This document shows positions 1 through 14,219 of a stretch of DNA of 64,000 nt, in pieces. A program made the translations under genes and the position numbers. The DNA comes from Macrostomum lignano (taxonomy: Eukaryota). A model generated the notes under the pieces. That model was not told where the DNA came from. It saw nothing but the letters and a program-made list of their open reading frames with translations, and did no database searches. The stretch covers positions 372,001-436,000 of the forward strand of contig NIVC01000363.1 of NCBI GenBank assembly GCA_002269645.1, read 5' to 3'. The stretch's first letter is position 1, and each line of letters begins with the position of its first letter.

Positions 1-3000
1 GCAGCTCCTCGGTCCTCGGCAGCTCGCGCTTGATCACCGGCGCCGCTGGAGCTACGACTTTTCCTTGTCTGAGTCGACAGAGTCGCGACATCCGAGCCGG
101 CGCCGCCGCCACCAGAACGTCGCTGCCGGAGTCGAGAACGCGTTGCGATGGCAACAGCATCGGAGCGAAATAGCCCTCGTCGTCTGCTTGGAACTCGTCG
201 CTAAGCTGCTCGGGATTAAGCCGGTTCGACTGTCGCTCAGCTGAGAACTGGCGAGCTGCCGACATCGGGCTGGCACCGCCGCATCCAACACCGCTGCCGC
301 CGCCGCTGTGCATCGATTCCGACGTGCTGCTCATTGGGGTGCCACCGTGGTTGACGCCTCCGCTGCCGCCGCCGCTGCCTCCAGCAGTTTTTCCGTATCG
401 TCTCAGCCGATTCTCCTCAGCCTTGGAGCTCCAACTCTCGCCTTTGATTTTCTTAGAAGCGTAGGCCTCGGCGCCGTGCACGGTTTTGATGTGCTTCCGC
501 AGAGAGCTGGGGTCCGTGTACCGCTTGCCGCAGCCCGCAGCGGCGCGGCACTGGTACGGCTTCTCGGCAGAGTGAGTCCGGTTCTGGTGCTTGGCTCGGT
601 CGGAAGCGTTTGAGAAGGCTTTGGCGCAGCCGGGCACCTCGCAACAATAGGGCTTCTCACCGGTGTGCGACCGGAAATGCGTCTTCATGTTCTCCAGGCG
701 GGAGTAGGCCTTGGTGCAGCCGGGGTACTGTTGCCATGAAGGGGCGGGTAAGAGAGGCGAATCAATGGCGTTGCTTGGGGGAATTTGAGATTTTACAAGC
801 TCGAAACTCGAAACTCGAAACTTGAACTCTAAACTCGAAATTTTACTAGACTTGAAACTCCACTAAGCTCGAAAGTTTAAGAACCTTCTAACTTCACAAA
901 GCTATTAAACATCATTTTTTAAATAATTTAAAGTTACAAGCTCAAGAAAGTGACCTCAAATGACTCAGACTTGTGTTTAAATTACTGTTAGATTAAGTAC
1001 TGCTCAAATTAATTTGGTGTTTCTTAGAATGCGGGATTATAGCTAAAACAGGAGATCCGTTCTCTACTCAGTAACTCAGTTTTCGGATTCAAGGTCAGGG
1101 AGAGGGTATAGAAGGGAGAGGGTATAGAAGGGAGAGGGTATAGAAGGGAGAGGGTATAGAAGGGAGAGGGTATAGAAGGGAGAGGGTATAGAAGGGAGAG
1201 GGTATAGAAGGGAGAGGGTATAGAGGAGGTCACGAATTGTCTTTTAACATTTGTGGTTTTTTTCAATCAAGACTCAGACTTTTCTGGACTTTGAAACTTC
1301 CGCAATAGTGTACTCTACGAAACAGCGACTCACGGTGCATCTGTAGGGTCTTTCTCCCGTGTGGCGCCTCACGTGCACGTTCAGCATGTACAGCGCTTTG
1401 AACGGTTTTTGGTTGCGGCTGCAGCCAATCCAATGGCACACGAACTCCTTGCGGTCCCCGCTGCCTTTCACGTGGACATCGTTCACGTGCTGCGGGAGGC
1501 GGATGTTCAAATGTTGACGGACTTATAGGTTCTCAGATTCATAGGTTCATGGGTTCATAGGTTCATAGGTTCACGGGTTTATAGGCTCATGGGTTCATAG
1601 GCTCATGGGTTCATAGGTTCATGGGTTCATAGGTTCATGGGTTCATAGATTCACAGGTTAATAGGTTCATGGGTTCATAGATTCACAGATTAATAGGTTC
1701 ACGGGTTCATAGGTTCACAGGTTAATAGGTTCACGGGTTCATAGATTCACGGATTCATAGGTTCATGGGTTCACAGGCTCTCGGGCTCATAGGTTCACGG
1801 GAACATAGGTTCACGGGTTCACAGGTTCATGAAGTCAGAGTTAAAAAAGCAGGTCAGCTTACTTCAACCAGCTCAGCATTGGTGCCGCACTGCAGCCCAC
1901 AGTTCACCCACCGGCACACCGTCGCCAGAATTTCGCCACTGGTCCCGTCGGCCTCCTCGTCATCATCAGCCTCATCATCGGCTGCTCTTCTGTCCGCCTC
2001 GCTTCCCGCAGCTTCCGGTCCGTCATCTTCGTTGTCGGCAGCAGCAACTGTTGAACTGCCGGCATCGCCAACGGACGGACTTGCCGGCTTGCTGACGGCG
2101 GCAGTGGCAGCAGCGGCGGCGGCGTTGTTCGTGTTCGATTTGCGACGGTAGAAAGCTGCCGCAGCTGCCGCAGCCGCCGCGGCCGCCGCCACGCTATTCG
2201 GAGGCGTCGCTGTCGGCGGAAACAGCGGCGAGTTGCCGCCGCCGCCACCAGCGCCGATGCTGCCGAAAGACGCCGCCGAGAGATGCCCGATGGAGCCCTG
2301 GCTGCCCGGGAGCTGGGCGAGCCTCTGACGCCGCTACCGCCGCCTCCGAGCACGGGAATCCATGACAGACAGTCGTGCGAGGCGGTCACCTGGTTGAGCT
2401 CGATGGTGCAGCAGCCGGCGTTCTCCACTGACGACTGGGACAGCGCTCGCTTCTTGGCACCGCGGCCGAGCTGCTGCTGAAATGTTGGCTGTTGAGTGGC
2501 TGGCGACATCTGCTGGAGCTGGTGTTGCTGGTACTGAGTTGCTGGGAACAGCGGTGTGTAAGCTCCGTGAGATGCGTACTGCCAGTGCGGCTGGGTCTGC
2601 AGCTGCTGGTGCTGTGGGTAACTGGGACACGGCGGAGGCTGGTGCAGCCCCGGATGAAGCTGCTGATGCTGCAGAGGGAAGCTGGGATAGGCGGGCACGG
2701 ATCTGGCTCCGTTGGGCAGCTGCTGAGAATAGAACGGGTTGGACCCATTCTGGCAGTGATGAAGCTGCTGCTGATGCTGATGATGATGCTGAGGATGCGG
2801 AAACTGCATCGGATGCTGGACGGGATAGGGGAAATCCGATGATGAGGCCGTTGCCATGGCGACTAGGCGCGACTGTTTGGCCTCGTTTGGCGCTGCAGCT
2901 GAAATTTGAATTTTTGCAAACCGAGATTGAAATGGACTTTCGTAACACCGTTTGATACGCGTGTAAATTTAACAAGCTGATCTCAGCTGCAAAGGCTTGT

Positions 3001-3586
3001 GTGTGTGCTCAGGGGTCAGCAAACTGGGGTCAGGGAGAGGGTATACAAAAGAGTGAGGGAGAGGGTATAGAAGAGAGTCAGGGAGAGGGTATAGAAGTGG
3101 GTCAGGGAGAGGGTATAGAAGAGAGTGAGGGAGGGGGTATAGAATAGGGTCAGGGAGAGGGTATAGAAGTGGGTCAGGGAGAGGGTATAGAAGAGAGTGA
3201 GGGAGAGTTATAGAAGAGGGTCAGGGAGAGGATATGAAGAGACTCAGGGATAGGAAGAAGGTCAGGGAGAGGGTATAGAAGTGGGTCAGGGAGAGGGTAT
3301 AGAAGAGGGTCAGGAAGGGAGGGGGGTATAGAAGGGGTCAGGGAGAGGGTATAGAAGGGGTCAGGGAGAGGGTATAGAAGGGATCAGGGAGAGGGTATAG
3401 AAGGGGTCAGGGAGAGGGTATAGAAGGGGTCAGGGAGAGGCTATAGAAGGGGTCAGGGAGAGGGTATAGAAGGGGTCAAGGAGAGGCTATAGAAAGGGTT
3501 CAGGGAGAGGGTATAGAAGGGGTCAGGGAGAGGCTATAGAACTCACCACCGTTCACAGTCTCGAAGTCAGCTGATTCAAATTGCAT
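1..3586 (-). CDS. GLI: GLI/Cubitus interruptus C2H2 zinc-finger transcription factor (3' end beyond the left window edge)
   Basis: Exons: 3586-3547 ([16 protein letters not shown], phase 1 GTGAGT), 2898-2390, 2324-1863 (boundary uncertain, see findings), 1489-1334, 727-<1 (open to the edge). Spliced product has five GLI-type fingers: [110 protein letters not shown]. It also has N-terminal KKRALSQS and GSIGHLS motifs. HQNRTH and the SxGH motif favour GLI over GLIS. Confidence 0.93.
1098..1222. repeat. 16-nt minisatellite (GGGAGAGGGTATAGAA), ~8 copies, last GLI intron in the window
   Basis: Direct reading; shortened derivative of the 23-nt unit at 3020-3540. Confidence 0.9.
1525..1830. repeat. 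Degenerate 8/16-nt minisatellite (ATAGGTTCATGGGTTC) in a GLI intron
   Basis: Direct reading. Confidence 0.85.
3020..3540. repeat. 23-nt minisatellite (GGGGTCAGGGAGAGGGTATAGAA), ~22 copies, GLI intron 1
   Basis: Direct reading; begins immediately after the GTGAGT donor at 3546-3541. Confidence 0.9.
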
Positions 3587-4711
3587 GGCGAGATAGAATT
3601 ACAGGCAAACTGTCCCTGCAGCTCATTCATGGCCATTCGCCCGAATATTTGCCCGGTTTTGTTTTCTAAACTAAGCGGAATTCTCAGACGCAGAAGCTGC
3701 AGCGGAGAGTCAAGCTGCTATAAGCGCAACTATATTGAAGTTGAAATAAATGATTTATAACGCTATACAGTCGTGGGAATCATTTTTGTCTGTCAGCTTC
3801 TTACTTTACTTTGTTTCTTATTTTCTTCGAAGTTTTCTAGATGACAATTGCTGCAGCTGATATGCATTTACACGAGCTGCAGTGTGTTGCAGAAGGTTTC
3901 TTTGACGCCATGGCGCACAGGGAATCGCTGTTGAATAGAAGAAAAACTCTTCTCTGAAATTCACAGCTCTCTGTGTCTCTGTGCATTGTAGCGAGTTATA
4001 CGAGTAAAGAGAAAGCGGTCTATGAAATTCTTGAAAGAGAGAGAGAGAGAGAGGGGCTGGCATGGAGATCGTCAACTAGAGTTTGGATTGCCAGCTTATT
4101 TTGACTTGGACGAACCCCAGAGAGTGTACGAGTACGGCCAGGGTGCCCGGAGCCCTTCTTTCAGTTATGATTTTATTTATTGTTTTTACTATTATCAATA
4201 ATTTACGCTCGCATATTACAATTCTGAACAAACATTAAATCCTGTCAACTTATAGCTAGCATTAGTAATTAGTTCTCCTTGCATTGTGAAGCGACGCGAG
4301 TGAAGGAAGAAGAGAGAGAGAGACAGACCAGTGTAGTAAAGTCGTCGAAATTAAGCTCACGCGTAATAAGTAAAATGCATCATTTTTCAAACGAAATTCG
4401 CTGATTTACGCTTGTCTTGTGCTGCGTTTGAGACATTGGCATGGACACCGCGAGAGCATTAAAGCTGAGAGATGAGTTAGGAAAAACAGTTATAAACAAA
4501 AGACGAACTGGAGTAGATAAAAATGCAGATCAACCATATACTAAAATAAAAAGCTAGACAGAATTAGCATGAGTAACTTTTAAAGCGCGCCAACCAACAT
4601 ATTCAAGGACTCAAGGTCTTCCATTAAAGCTGCTTTGAACTCAATTTTAAATGATCTGCTATCCAAGAATATTTTTGTGTCTGGTTTCATAAGGCACAAT
4701 CGCGAACTTCG

Positions 4712-6420
4712 GAGAATGACTCTCACTCAGATTGAGAATAGCACTCACTCAGATTGAGCATGGTACTCACTCAGATTGAGAATGGCTCTCACTCAGATTG
4801 AGCATGGTACTCACTCAGATTGAGAATGGCTCTCACTCAGATTGAGAATGGCTCTCACTCAGATTGAGCATGGTACTCACTCAGATTGAGCATGGTACTC
4901 ACTCAGATTGAGAATAGCACTCACTCAGATTGAGCATAGCACTCACTCAGATTGAGAATGGCACTCACTCAGACTGAGAATGGCACTCACTCAGATTGAG
5001 AATGGCTCTCACTCAGACTAGAGAATGGCTCTAACTCAGATTGAGAATGGCACTCACTCAGATTGAGCATGGTACTCACTCAGATTAAGAATGGCACTCA
5101 CTCAGATTGAGAATGGCACTCACACAGATTGAGAATGGCACTCACTCAGATTGAGAATGGCACTCACTCAGACTGAGAATGGTACTCACTCAGATTGAGA
5201 ATGGCACTCACTCAGACTGAAAATGGTACTCACTCAGATTGAGAATGGCACTCACTCAGATTGAGAATGGCACTCACTCAGATTGAACATGGCACTCACT
5301 CAGACTGAGAATGGTACTCACTCAGATTGAGAATGGCACTCACTCAGATTGAGAATGGCACTCACTCAGATTGAACATGGCACTCACTCAGACTGAGAAT
5401 GGTACTCACTCAGATTGAGAATAGCACTCACTCAGACTGAGAATGGTACTCACTCAGATTGAGAATAGCACTCACTCAGATTGAGAATGGCACTCACTCA
5501 GATTAAGAATAGCACTCACTCAGATTGAGAATAGCACTCACTCAGACTGAGAATGGTACTCACTCAGATTGAGAATGGTACTCACTCAGATTGAGAATGG
5601 CACTCACTCAGATTGAGAATGGCACTCACTCAGATTGAGAATAGCACTCACTCAGATTGAGAATAGCACTCACTTAGACTGAGAATGGTACTCACTCAGA
5701 TTGAGAATGGTACTCACTCAGATTGAGCATGGCACTCACTCAGATTGAGAATGGCACTCACTCAGATTGAACATGGCACTCACTCAGATTGAGAATGGCA
5801 CTCAGATTGAGCATGGCACTCACTCAGACTAGAGAATGGCTCTCACTCAGATTGAGAATGGCTCTCACTCAGATTGAGCATGGTACTCACTCAGATTAAG
5901 AATGGCACTCACTTAGATTGAGAATGGCACTCACTCAGATTGAGCATGGTACTCACTCAGATTGAGAATGGCACTCACTCAGACTGAGAATGGCACTCAC
6001 TCAGATTGAGCATAGCACTCACTCAGATTGAGAATGGCACTCACTCAGATTGAGCATGGAACTCACTCAGATTGAGCATGGCTCTCACTCAGATTGAGCA
6101 TGGAACTCACTCAGATTGAGCATGGTACTCACTCAGATTGAGAATGGCACTCACTCAGATTGAGAATGGCACTCAGTCACTGCAGATTGAGAATAGCACT
6201 CACTGCAGATTGAGAATAGCACTCACTGCAGATTGAGAATAGCACTCACTCAGATTGAGAATGGCACTCACTCAGATTGAGCATGGCACTCACTCAGATT
6301 GAGCATGGCACTCACTCAGACTAGAGAATGGCACTCACTCAGACTGAGAATGGCACTCACTCAGACTAGAGAATGGCTCTCACTCAGATTGAGAATGGCA
6401 CTCACTCAGACTGAGAATGA
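4712..6420. repeat. 22-nt minisatellite (TGGCACTCACTCAGATTGAGAA), ~75 copies
   Basis: Direct reading. Confidence 0.95.
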
Positions 6421-7129
6421 GAGCGCCAATCAAAGCAGAGGAGCCAGCAAGAGAATAAACGAGGCCGCTCACTTTTGCAAACAAACCTAATCTCATCCCC
6501 TTTCACCCCCGATCCCAAGCCGATGGTTTGAAAACGCTGCACAATATGGCGAAGCGATTGTTTTCTCAATGCAGTTCCCATTTTTTCTTAAACTTTTCCC
6601 ACTAGAACTCTTGCTTGACATCGCGGCTCACGGAGGGGGTAGTGGAGAGGGTCTTTCATTATACTTCAAAGAATGCCGACAAGAACAAGTGGAGATATAC
6701 AGCGGCTCCGGCTCAAACAAAGCGTGTTGGCAGGCAATGCGAAAGCCACAAAAGGAAATTATTCCCGATAGGCCAACAGTTCCGCGTGCGGCTGCGGCTC
6801 ATTTCTTTTTGGATTCTGAGCAAAATATTTTCGTAATTCGTCGTCGAAAATTTGACAGAAATTACTGAAGTCAGTATGAGTTACAAGTTAGTATGAGTTC
6901 TATGGAATCTGAAGAGTACCTGAATACCAAACAAGTTAGTTTTATTTAGAGAAGACATTTTAATTATCAAATTCTTATCTTATCAGTTGTACCGGACCGG
7001 TGCTCTGGGGTCTTTCTTATCTTATCAGTTTTGTATGAATTTATCATGTCTGACTGAACTGCAAAGTTAAGAAATCCTAAATACGCGCGCAATTTGAGAC
7101 TGAGAAGTTTGATAGCTTATTGACTCGCT

Positions 7130-8560
7130 TCTCATCACTCTCTGCTCTCTGTCTCATTATTCTCTGCCCTCTGTCTCATCACTCTCTGCCCTCTGTCTCA
7201 TCACTCTCTGCCCTCTGTCTCATCACTCTCTGCTCTCTGTCTCATCACTCTCTGCTCTCTGTCTCATCACTCTCTGCTCTCTGTCTCATTATTCTCTGCT
7301 CTCTGTCTCATTATTCTTTGCCCTCTGTCTCATCACTCTCTGCTCTCTGTCTCATTATTCTCTGCCCTCTGTCTCATCACTCTCTGCTCTCTGTCTCATT
7401 ATTCTCTGCCCTCTGTCTCATCACTCTCTGCTCTCTGTCTCATTATTCTCTGCCCTCTGTCTCATCACTCTCTGCTCTCTGTCTCATTATTCTCTGCCCT
7501 CTGTCTCATCACTCTCTGCTCTCTGTCTCATTATTCTCTGCCCTCTGTCTCATCACTCTCTGCTCTCTGTCTCATCACTCTCTGCTCTCTGTCTCATCAC
7601 TCTCTGCTCTCTGTCTCATTATTCTCTGCTCTCTGTCTCATTATTCTCTGCCCTCTGTCTCATCACTCTCTGCTCTCTGTCTCATTATTCTCTGCCCTCT
7701 GTCTCATCACTCTCTGCTCTCTGTCTCATTATTCTCTGCCCTCTGTCTCATCACTCTCTGCTCTCTGTCTCATCACTCTGCTCTCTGTCTCATCACTCTC
7801 TGCCCTCTGTCTCATCACTCTCTGCTCTCTGTCTCATCACTCTGCATTCTGTCTCATCACTCTCTGCTCTCTGTCTCATTATTCTCTGCCCTCTGTCTCA
7901 TCACTCTCTGCCCTCTGTCTCATCACTCTGCTCTCTGTCTCATCACTCTCTGCCCTCTGTCTCATCACTCTGCTCTCTGTCTCATCACTCTCTGCCCTCT
8001 GTCTCATCACTCTCTGCTCTCTGTCTCATCACTCTCTGCTCTCTGTCTCATTATTCTCTGCCCTATGTCTCATCACTCTCTGCCCTCTGTCTCATCACTC
8101 TGCTCTCTGTCTCATCACTCTCTGCCCTCTGTCTCATCACTCTGCATTCTGTCTCATTACTCTCTGCTCTCTGTCTCATCACTCTCTGCCATCTGTCCTA
8201 TCACTCTCTGCCCTCTGTCTCATCATTCTCTGTCTCTGTCTCATCACTCTCTGTTCTCTGTCTCATCACTGTCTGCCCTCTGTTTCATCACTATCTGCCC
8301 TCTGTCTTATCACTCTCTGCCCTCTGTCTCATCCCTCTTTGCCCTCCGTCTCATCACTCTCTACCATCTTATCAACTCCCTATGCCATCTTGTCACTCTC
8401 TTTTTGCCATCTCGTCACTTTCTTTGCTATCTTGTCACTCTGTTTACCATCTTGTCACTCTGTTTGCCATCTTGTCACTCCGTTTACCATCTTGTCACTC
8501 TGTTTGCCACCTTGTCACTCTGTTTGCCATCTTGTCACTCTGTCTGCGATCTTGTTAGTC
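7130..8560. repeat. 22-nt CT-rich minisatellite (TCTCTGCTCTCTGTCTCATCAC) grading into a 20-nt variant (CTGTTTGCCATCTTGTCACT)
   Basis: Direct reading; explains ORFs 7120-8613 and 8339-8650. Confidence 0.9.
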
Positions 8561-9198
8561 TCCCTGGCTTTTTATCACTCTCTTTCATTTTGGCGCCGCC
8601 ACCAAGAATTTAACAGTCATCTGCCAGATAAAAGAAAATATTTTCTATGAAATTTTTTTACCATCGACGGAATCTTAGCAGCTGGCACCAATCATCCAGG
8701 TTAAAAATGTAATAATTCATAAATCATAAACTAGGCGAAATTCCTCAAAACAAATGGAATGCATTAAGCCATTGTACATTAACTCAATCATAAAAAACAG
8801 ACAAATTCTAAAACTCGAAAAGGCATTAAATTGGGTCTCCAAGGTTCCACAGCTTCTATTGGTACGAAATAAGAAAGTGTTTTTTTTCAGATCACGGCAG
8901 ACTTGATGTCCAAAATCTGGAGAGACTTTTCAGCTACCGAACTTAACCAACTGCACGAATTGCAACTTTGAATCTTCCAGCTCATTAAGGCCGATCACTT
9001 CACTCGCTTATGCAACTCGGCAGCTTTCTGGTGAACCCATTTTTCGAGAATTTTTTCCTTTAGTGCCTACTTGGTGGCTGCTGCATGGCGCTAGGTGTGA
9101 AGACGAAGTGCCTAGGTACATGGAGACAGAACTGAGCTCTGACTCACCCGATAAATACTAATGCATATTGAGAGAATCTGCATGGCAAGCTTTAAATG

Positions 9199-9971
<773 letters not shown>

Positions 9972-10435
9972 ACAAACCGACAATAAATAAAAGCAAGCTC
10001 TTACCTTTTTTAATAAGGCAGAATTTCACAATAAACTTTGCCAGTCAGTCAGTGGTCTACCCGAGCAATCCAAAAATAGCTTGCACTGGCGCTCCGTGAT
10101 GGAGTTAGTGCGTGGTCCTCTTTAAAACGAGGAAAAAGACAATTTGAGAGCTGTACGATCCTGGCAGTAGCGGGAGGGCACAAGCGGAGGTACGAATTTA
10201 TAAACCGTATGTGAAAATATATCCTACTGCCTCTCGTATCCAGAACTTTACAGCAAGCAGCCAATAGAATCCCAGCTGTCGGCTTTCGAAACAAGAAAAG
10301 CCCCCCCCCCACCCCTAGCGCCACATTGGAAGTCTCCTGCTCCCCTGTACCATTGTTGCGGGGAAAGACAGGTAGCAAGCAATGGAGACATGTGGTTTTT
10401 TCACCGACCCAATTGATACTTCTCTTTTTTAGGGT

Positions 10436-12092
10436 TATTTAGACTTAGGCGCCATCTATCTGACTTAGGCGTGAGCTATCTGACTTAGGCGCTATCTATT
10501 AGACTTAGGCGCCATCTATCTGACTTAGGCGCCATCTAGCTGACTTAGGCGACATCTATCTGACTTAGGCGCCATCTATCTGACTTAGGCGCCATCTATC
10601 TGACTTAGGCGCCATCTATCTGACTTAGGCGCCATCTATCTGACTTAGGCGCCATCTAGCTGACTTAGGCGACATCTATCTGACTTAGGCGCCATCAATT
10701 AGACTTAGGCGCCATCTATCTGACTTAGGCGCCATCTATCTGATTTAGGCGCCATCTATCTGACTTAGGCGCCATCAATTAGACTTAGGCGCCATCAATT
10801 AGACTTAGGCGCCATCAATTAGACTTAGGCGCCATCTATCTGACTTAGGCGCCATCAATTAGACTTAGGCGCCATCTATCTGACTTAGGCGCCATCTATC
10901 TGACTTAGGCGCCATCTATCTGACTTAGGCGCCATCTATCTGACTTAGGCGCCATCTATCTGACTTAGGCGCCATCTATCTGACTTAGGCGTGAGCTATC
11001 TGACTTAGGCGCCATCAATTAGACTTAGGCGCCATCTATCTGACTTAGGCGCCATCTATCTGACTTAGGCGCCATCAATTAGACTTAGGCGCTATCTATC
11101 TGACTTAGGCGCCATCTATCTGACTTAGGCGCCATCAATTAGACTTAGGCGCCATCTATCTGACTTAGGCGCCATCTATCTGACTTAGGCGCCATCTATC
11201 TGACTTAGGCGCCATCTATCTGACTTAGGCGCCATCTATCTGACTTAGGCGCCATCTATTTGACTTAGGCGCCATCTATCTGACTTAGGCGCCATCAATT
11301 AGACTTAGGCGCCATCAATTAGACTTAGGCGCCATCAATTAGACTTAGGCGCCATCTATCTGACTTAGGCGCCATCTATCTGACTTAGGCGCCATCTAGC
11401 TGACTTAGGCGCCATCTAGCTGACTTAGGCGACATCTATCTGACTTAGGCGCCATCTATCTGACTTAGGCGCCATCTATCTGACTTAGGCGCCATCAATT
11501 AGACTTAGGCGCCATCAATTAGACTTAGGCGCCATCTATCTGACTTAGGCGCCATCTGTCTGACTTAGGCGCCATCAATTAGACTTAGGCGCCATCTATC
11601 TGACTTAGGCGCCATCTAGCTGACTTAGGCGCCATCTATCTGACTTAGGCGCTATCTATCTGACTTAGGCGCCATCTATCTGACTTAGGCGCCATCAATT
11701 AGACTTAGGCGCCATCAATTAGACTTAGGCGCCATCTATCTGACTTAGGCGCCATCTGTCTGACTTAGGCGCCATCAATTAGACTTAGGCGCCATCTATC
11801 TGACTTAGGCGCCATCTATCTGACTTAGGCGCCATCTATCTGACTTAGGCGCCATCTATCTGACTTAGGCGCCATCTATTTGACTTAGGCGCCATCTATC
11901 TGACTTAGGCGCCATCAATTAGACTTAGGCGCCATCAATTAGACTTAGGCGCCATCAATTAGACTTAGGCGCCATCTATCTGACTTAGGCGCCATCTATC
12001 TGACTTAGGCGCCATCTAGCTGACTTAGGCGCCATCTAGCTGACTTAGGCGCCATCTATCTGACTTAGGCGCCATCTATCTGACTTAGGCGT
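10436..12092. repeat. 20-nt minisatellite (TGACTTAGGCGCCATCTATC), ~80 copies
   Basis: Direct reading; variant unit AGACTTAGGCGCCATCAATT interspersed. Confidence 0.95.
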
Positions 12093-12654
12093 CAAAATAT
12101 TCTAATTGACTGCTTGTGCTACAGTTCATTAAAAATTAGGCGCCTACGCAAGTTATTTCCCACTTATTTCGCCCAGTTTCCTTTCCTGTTTTATTACCTT
12201 GCTGCACCGGCTCCCGCCCTGCATCGTAGTACATCCTACAGCGAATGCAGAACACTGGAAGACGCTCTAAGCTGCAGTCTCGGGTTGCCTAATAAATTAC
12301 AGAATTTCCAGAGCCCACAGGAGACTGAAGCGGTACCCCTCTCTCGCTGGTCAAGGCTAAAAAACTACACTTTATTAGCACCCGGAACTCCCGACTGGAT
12401 GGCCCCCTAAATATAATCCCCAACCTCTCTCTGATACCGACCCAGCGGAAACAAGACCACCCGGAATCCATTTTCTTTCGGAAGGAACTTTTATTTTTGT
12501 ACAAACTCGGCAAAAGGCGCCTTTTTATCTTTGTTTCTAGAATGCCAGCAGCTAGCTGCATGAAAATTCTCTGTTAAAGTTTGCTTCGGCTCATAAAAAA
12601 GTAATCTGTTTGTTTGTCTGTCCAGAATTAAAATGGCGAGTGGGCAATCCATGC

Positions 12655-13598
12655 TATGAAGAATCGGCAGAGACTGCCATAAAGAATATTACAAAACTGC
12701 CATGAAGAATAAGCAGAAACTGCCATGAAGAATCGGCAGAAACTGCCATGAAGAATATTACAAAACTACCATGAAGAATCGGCAGAAACTGCCATGAAGA
12801 ATCGGCAGAAACTGCCATGAAGAATCGGCAGAAACTGCCATGAAGAATCGGCAGAAACTGCCATGAAGAATCGGCAGAAACTGCCATGAAGAATCGGCAG
12901 AAACTGCCATGAAGAATCGGCAGAAACTGCCATGAAGAATCGGCAGAAACTGCCATGAAGAATCGGCAGAAACTGCCATGAAGAATCGGCAGAAACTGCC
13001 ATGAAGAATCGGCAGAAACTGCCATGAAGAATCGGCAGAAACTGCCATGAAGAATCGGCAGAAACTGCCATGAAGAATCGGCAGAAACTGCCATGAAGAA
13101 TATTACAAAACTACCATGAAGAATCGGCAGAAACTGCCATGAAGATTCGGCAGAAACTGCCATGAATAATCGGCAGAAACTGCCATGAAGAATAAGCAGA
13201 AACTGCCATGAAGAATAAGCAGAAACTGCCAAGAAGAATCGGCAGAAACTGCCATGAAGAATAAGCAGAAACTGCCAAGAAGAATCGGCAGAAACTGCCA
13301 TGAAGAATAAGCAGAAACTGCCATGAAGAATAAGCAGAAACTGCCAAGAAGAATCGGCAGAAACTGCCATGAAGAATAAGCAGAAACTGCCAAGAAGAAT
13401 CGGCAGAAACTGCCAAGAAGAATCGGCAGAAACTGCCATGAAGAATCGGCAGAAACTGCCATGAAGAATCGGCAGAAACTGCCAAGAAGAATCGGCAGAA
13501 ACTGCCATGAAGAATCGGCAGAAACTGCCATGAAGAATCGGCAGAAACTGCCATGAAGAATCGGCAGAAACTGCCATGAAGAATCGGCAGAAACTGCC
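12655..13598. repeat. 23-nt minisatellite (GAAGAATCGGCAGAAACTGCCAT), ~40 copies
   Basis: Direct reading. Confidence 0.95.
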
Positions 13599-14219
13599 AG
13601 AGAAATTTACCGGAAACTACGACCGAGAAACGACCGAAACTACCACAATAGCTCACGTAGCATTCAAAGTCAAGTAAGTATCTCCTAACACCTGAAGATG
13701 CAATGAACCGATTATTATTAAAGTACGGTAACACCGGAAATGGCCTGTTCGAGATTTGAGAGTAAAGTCTGGGAAGCAGGGACACAGATATAAGTAGGGG
13801 TGAGAGGAGATGTCATAAGCAGTCACAGTGGTCGGGAGGGCCATAAACTCGACACGAAGAGGTCACAGATAGGAAACGAGTTCGAAAAAAACTTAAAAGA
13901 AGAAATTTTTGTCAATTCGTCCCCAAGGTTAACCTGCTCTTTGAAACCAGCATGGACTTCTATGAAACTGTAAAACGGTAGAATTTCCTCACAACTACGA
14001 TAAAAAAGATAGCCAAAAAGAAACAATTCAGATCCTGAAGACTGTCGCTTTTTGTTCACCCCTGCTCTCGTCCCCCATTCATTTCCGATGTGTATAATGC
14101 AATAATTTTTACAACATTAGAAAAATAGATAGAAGACAGGAAAGAGAGACTCACAGCTATAAGCAGCTGGTGAGCTAAAATTATCTGAGGTGGCTTTGGA
14201 AACAGAAAGGAACACCATA

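Noticed and set aside
10436-12092. Telomere-like TTAGGC in the 20-mer
   Set aside because: One hexamer per 20-nt unit, not a tandem telomeric tract
12289-14059. Possible decayed L1/Tx1-type LINE fragments on the minus strand (YKNKSSFRKKW; LFYRSCEEILPF)
   Set aside because: Only a vague resemblance with no RT motifs; needs TBLASTN against Repbase
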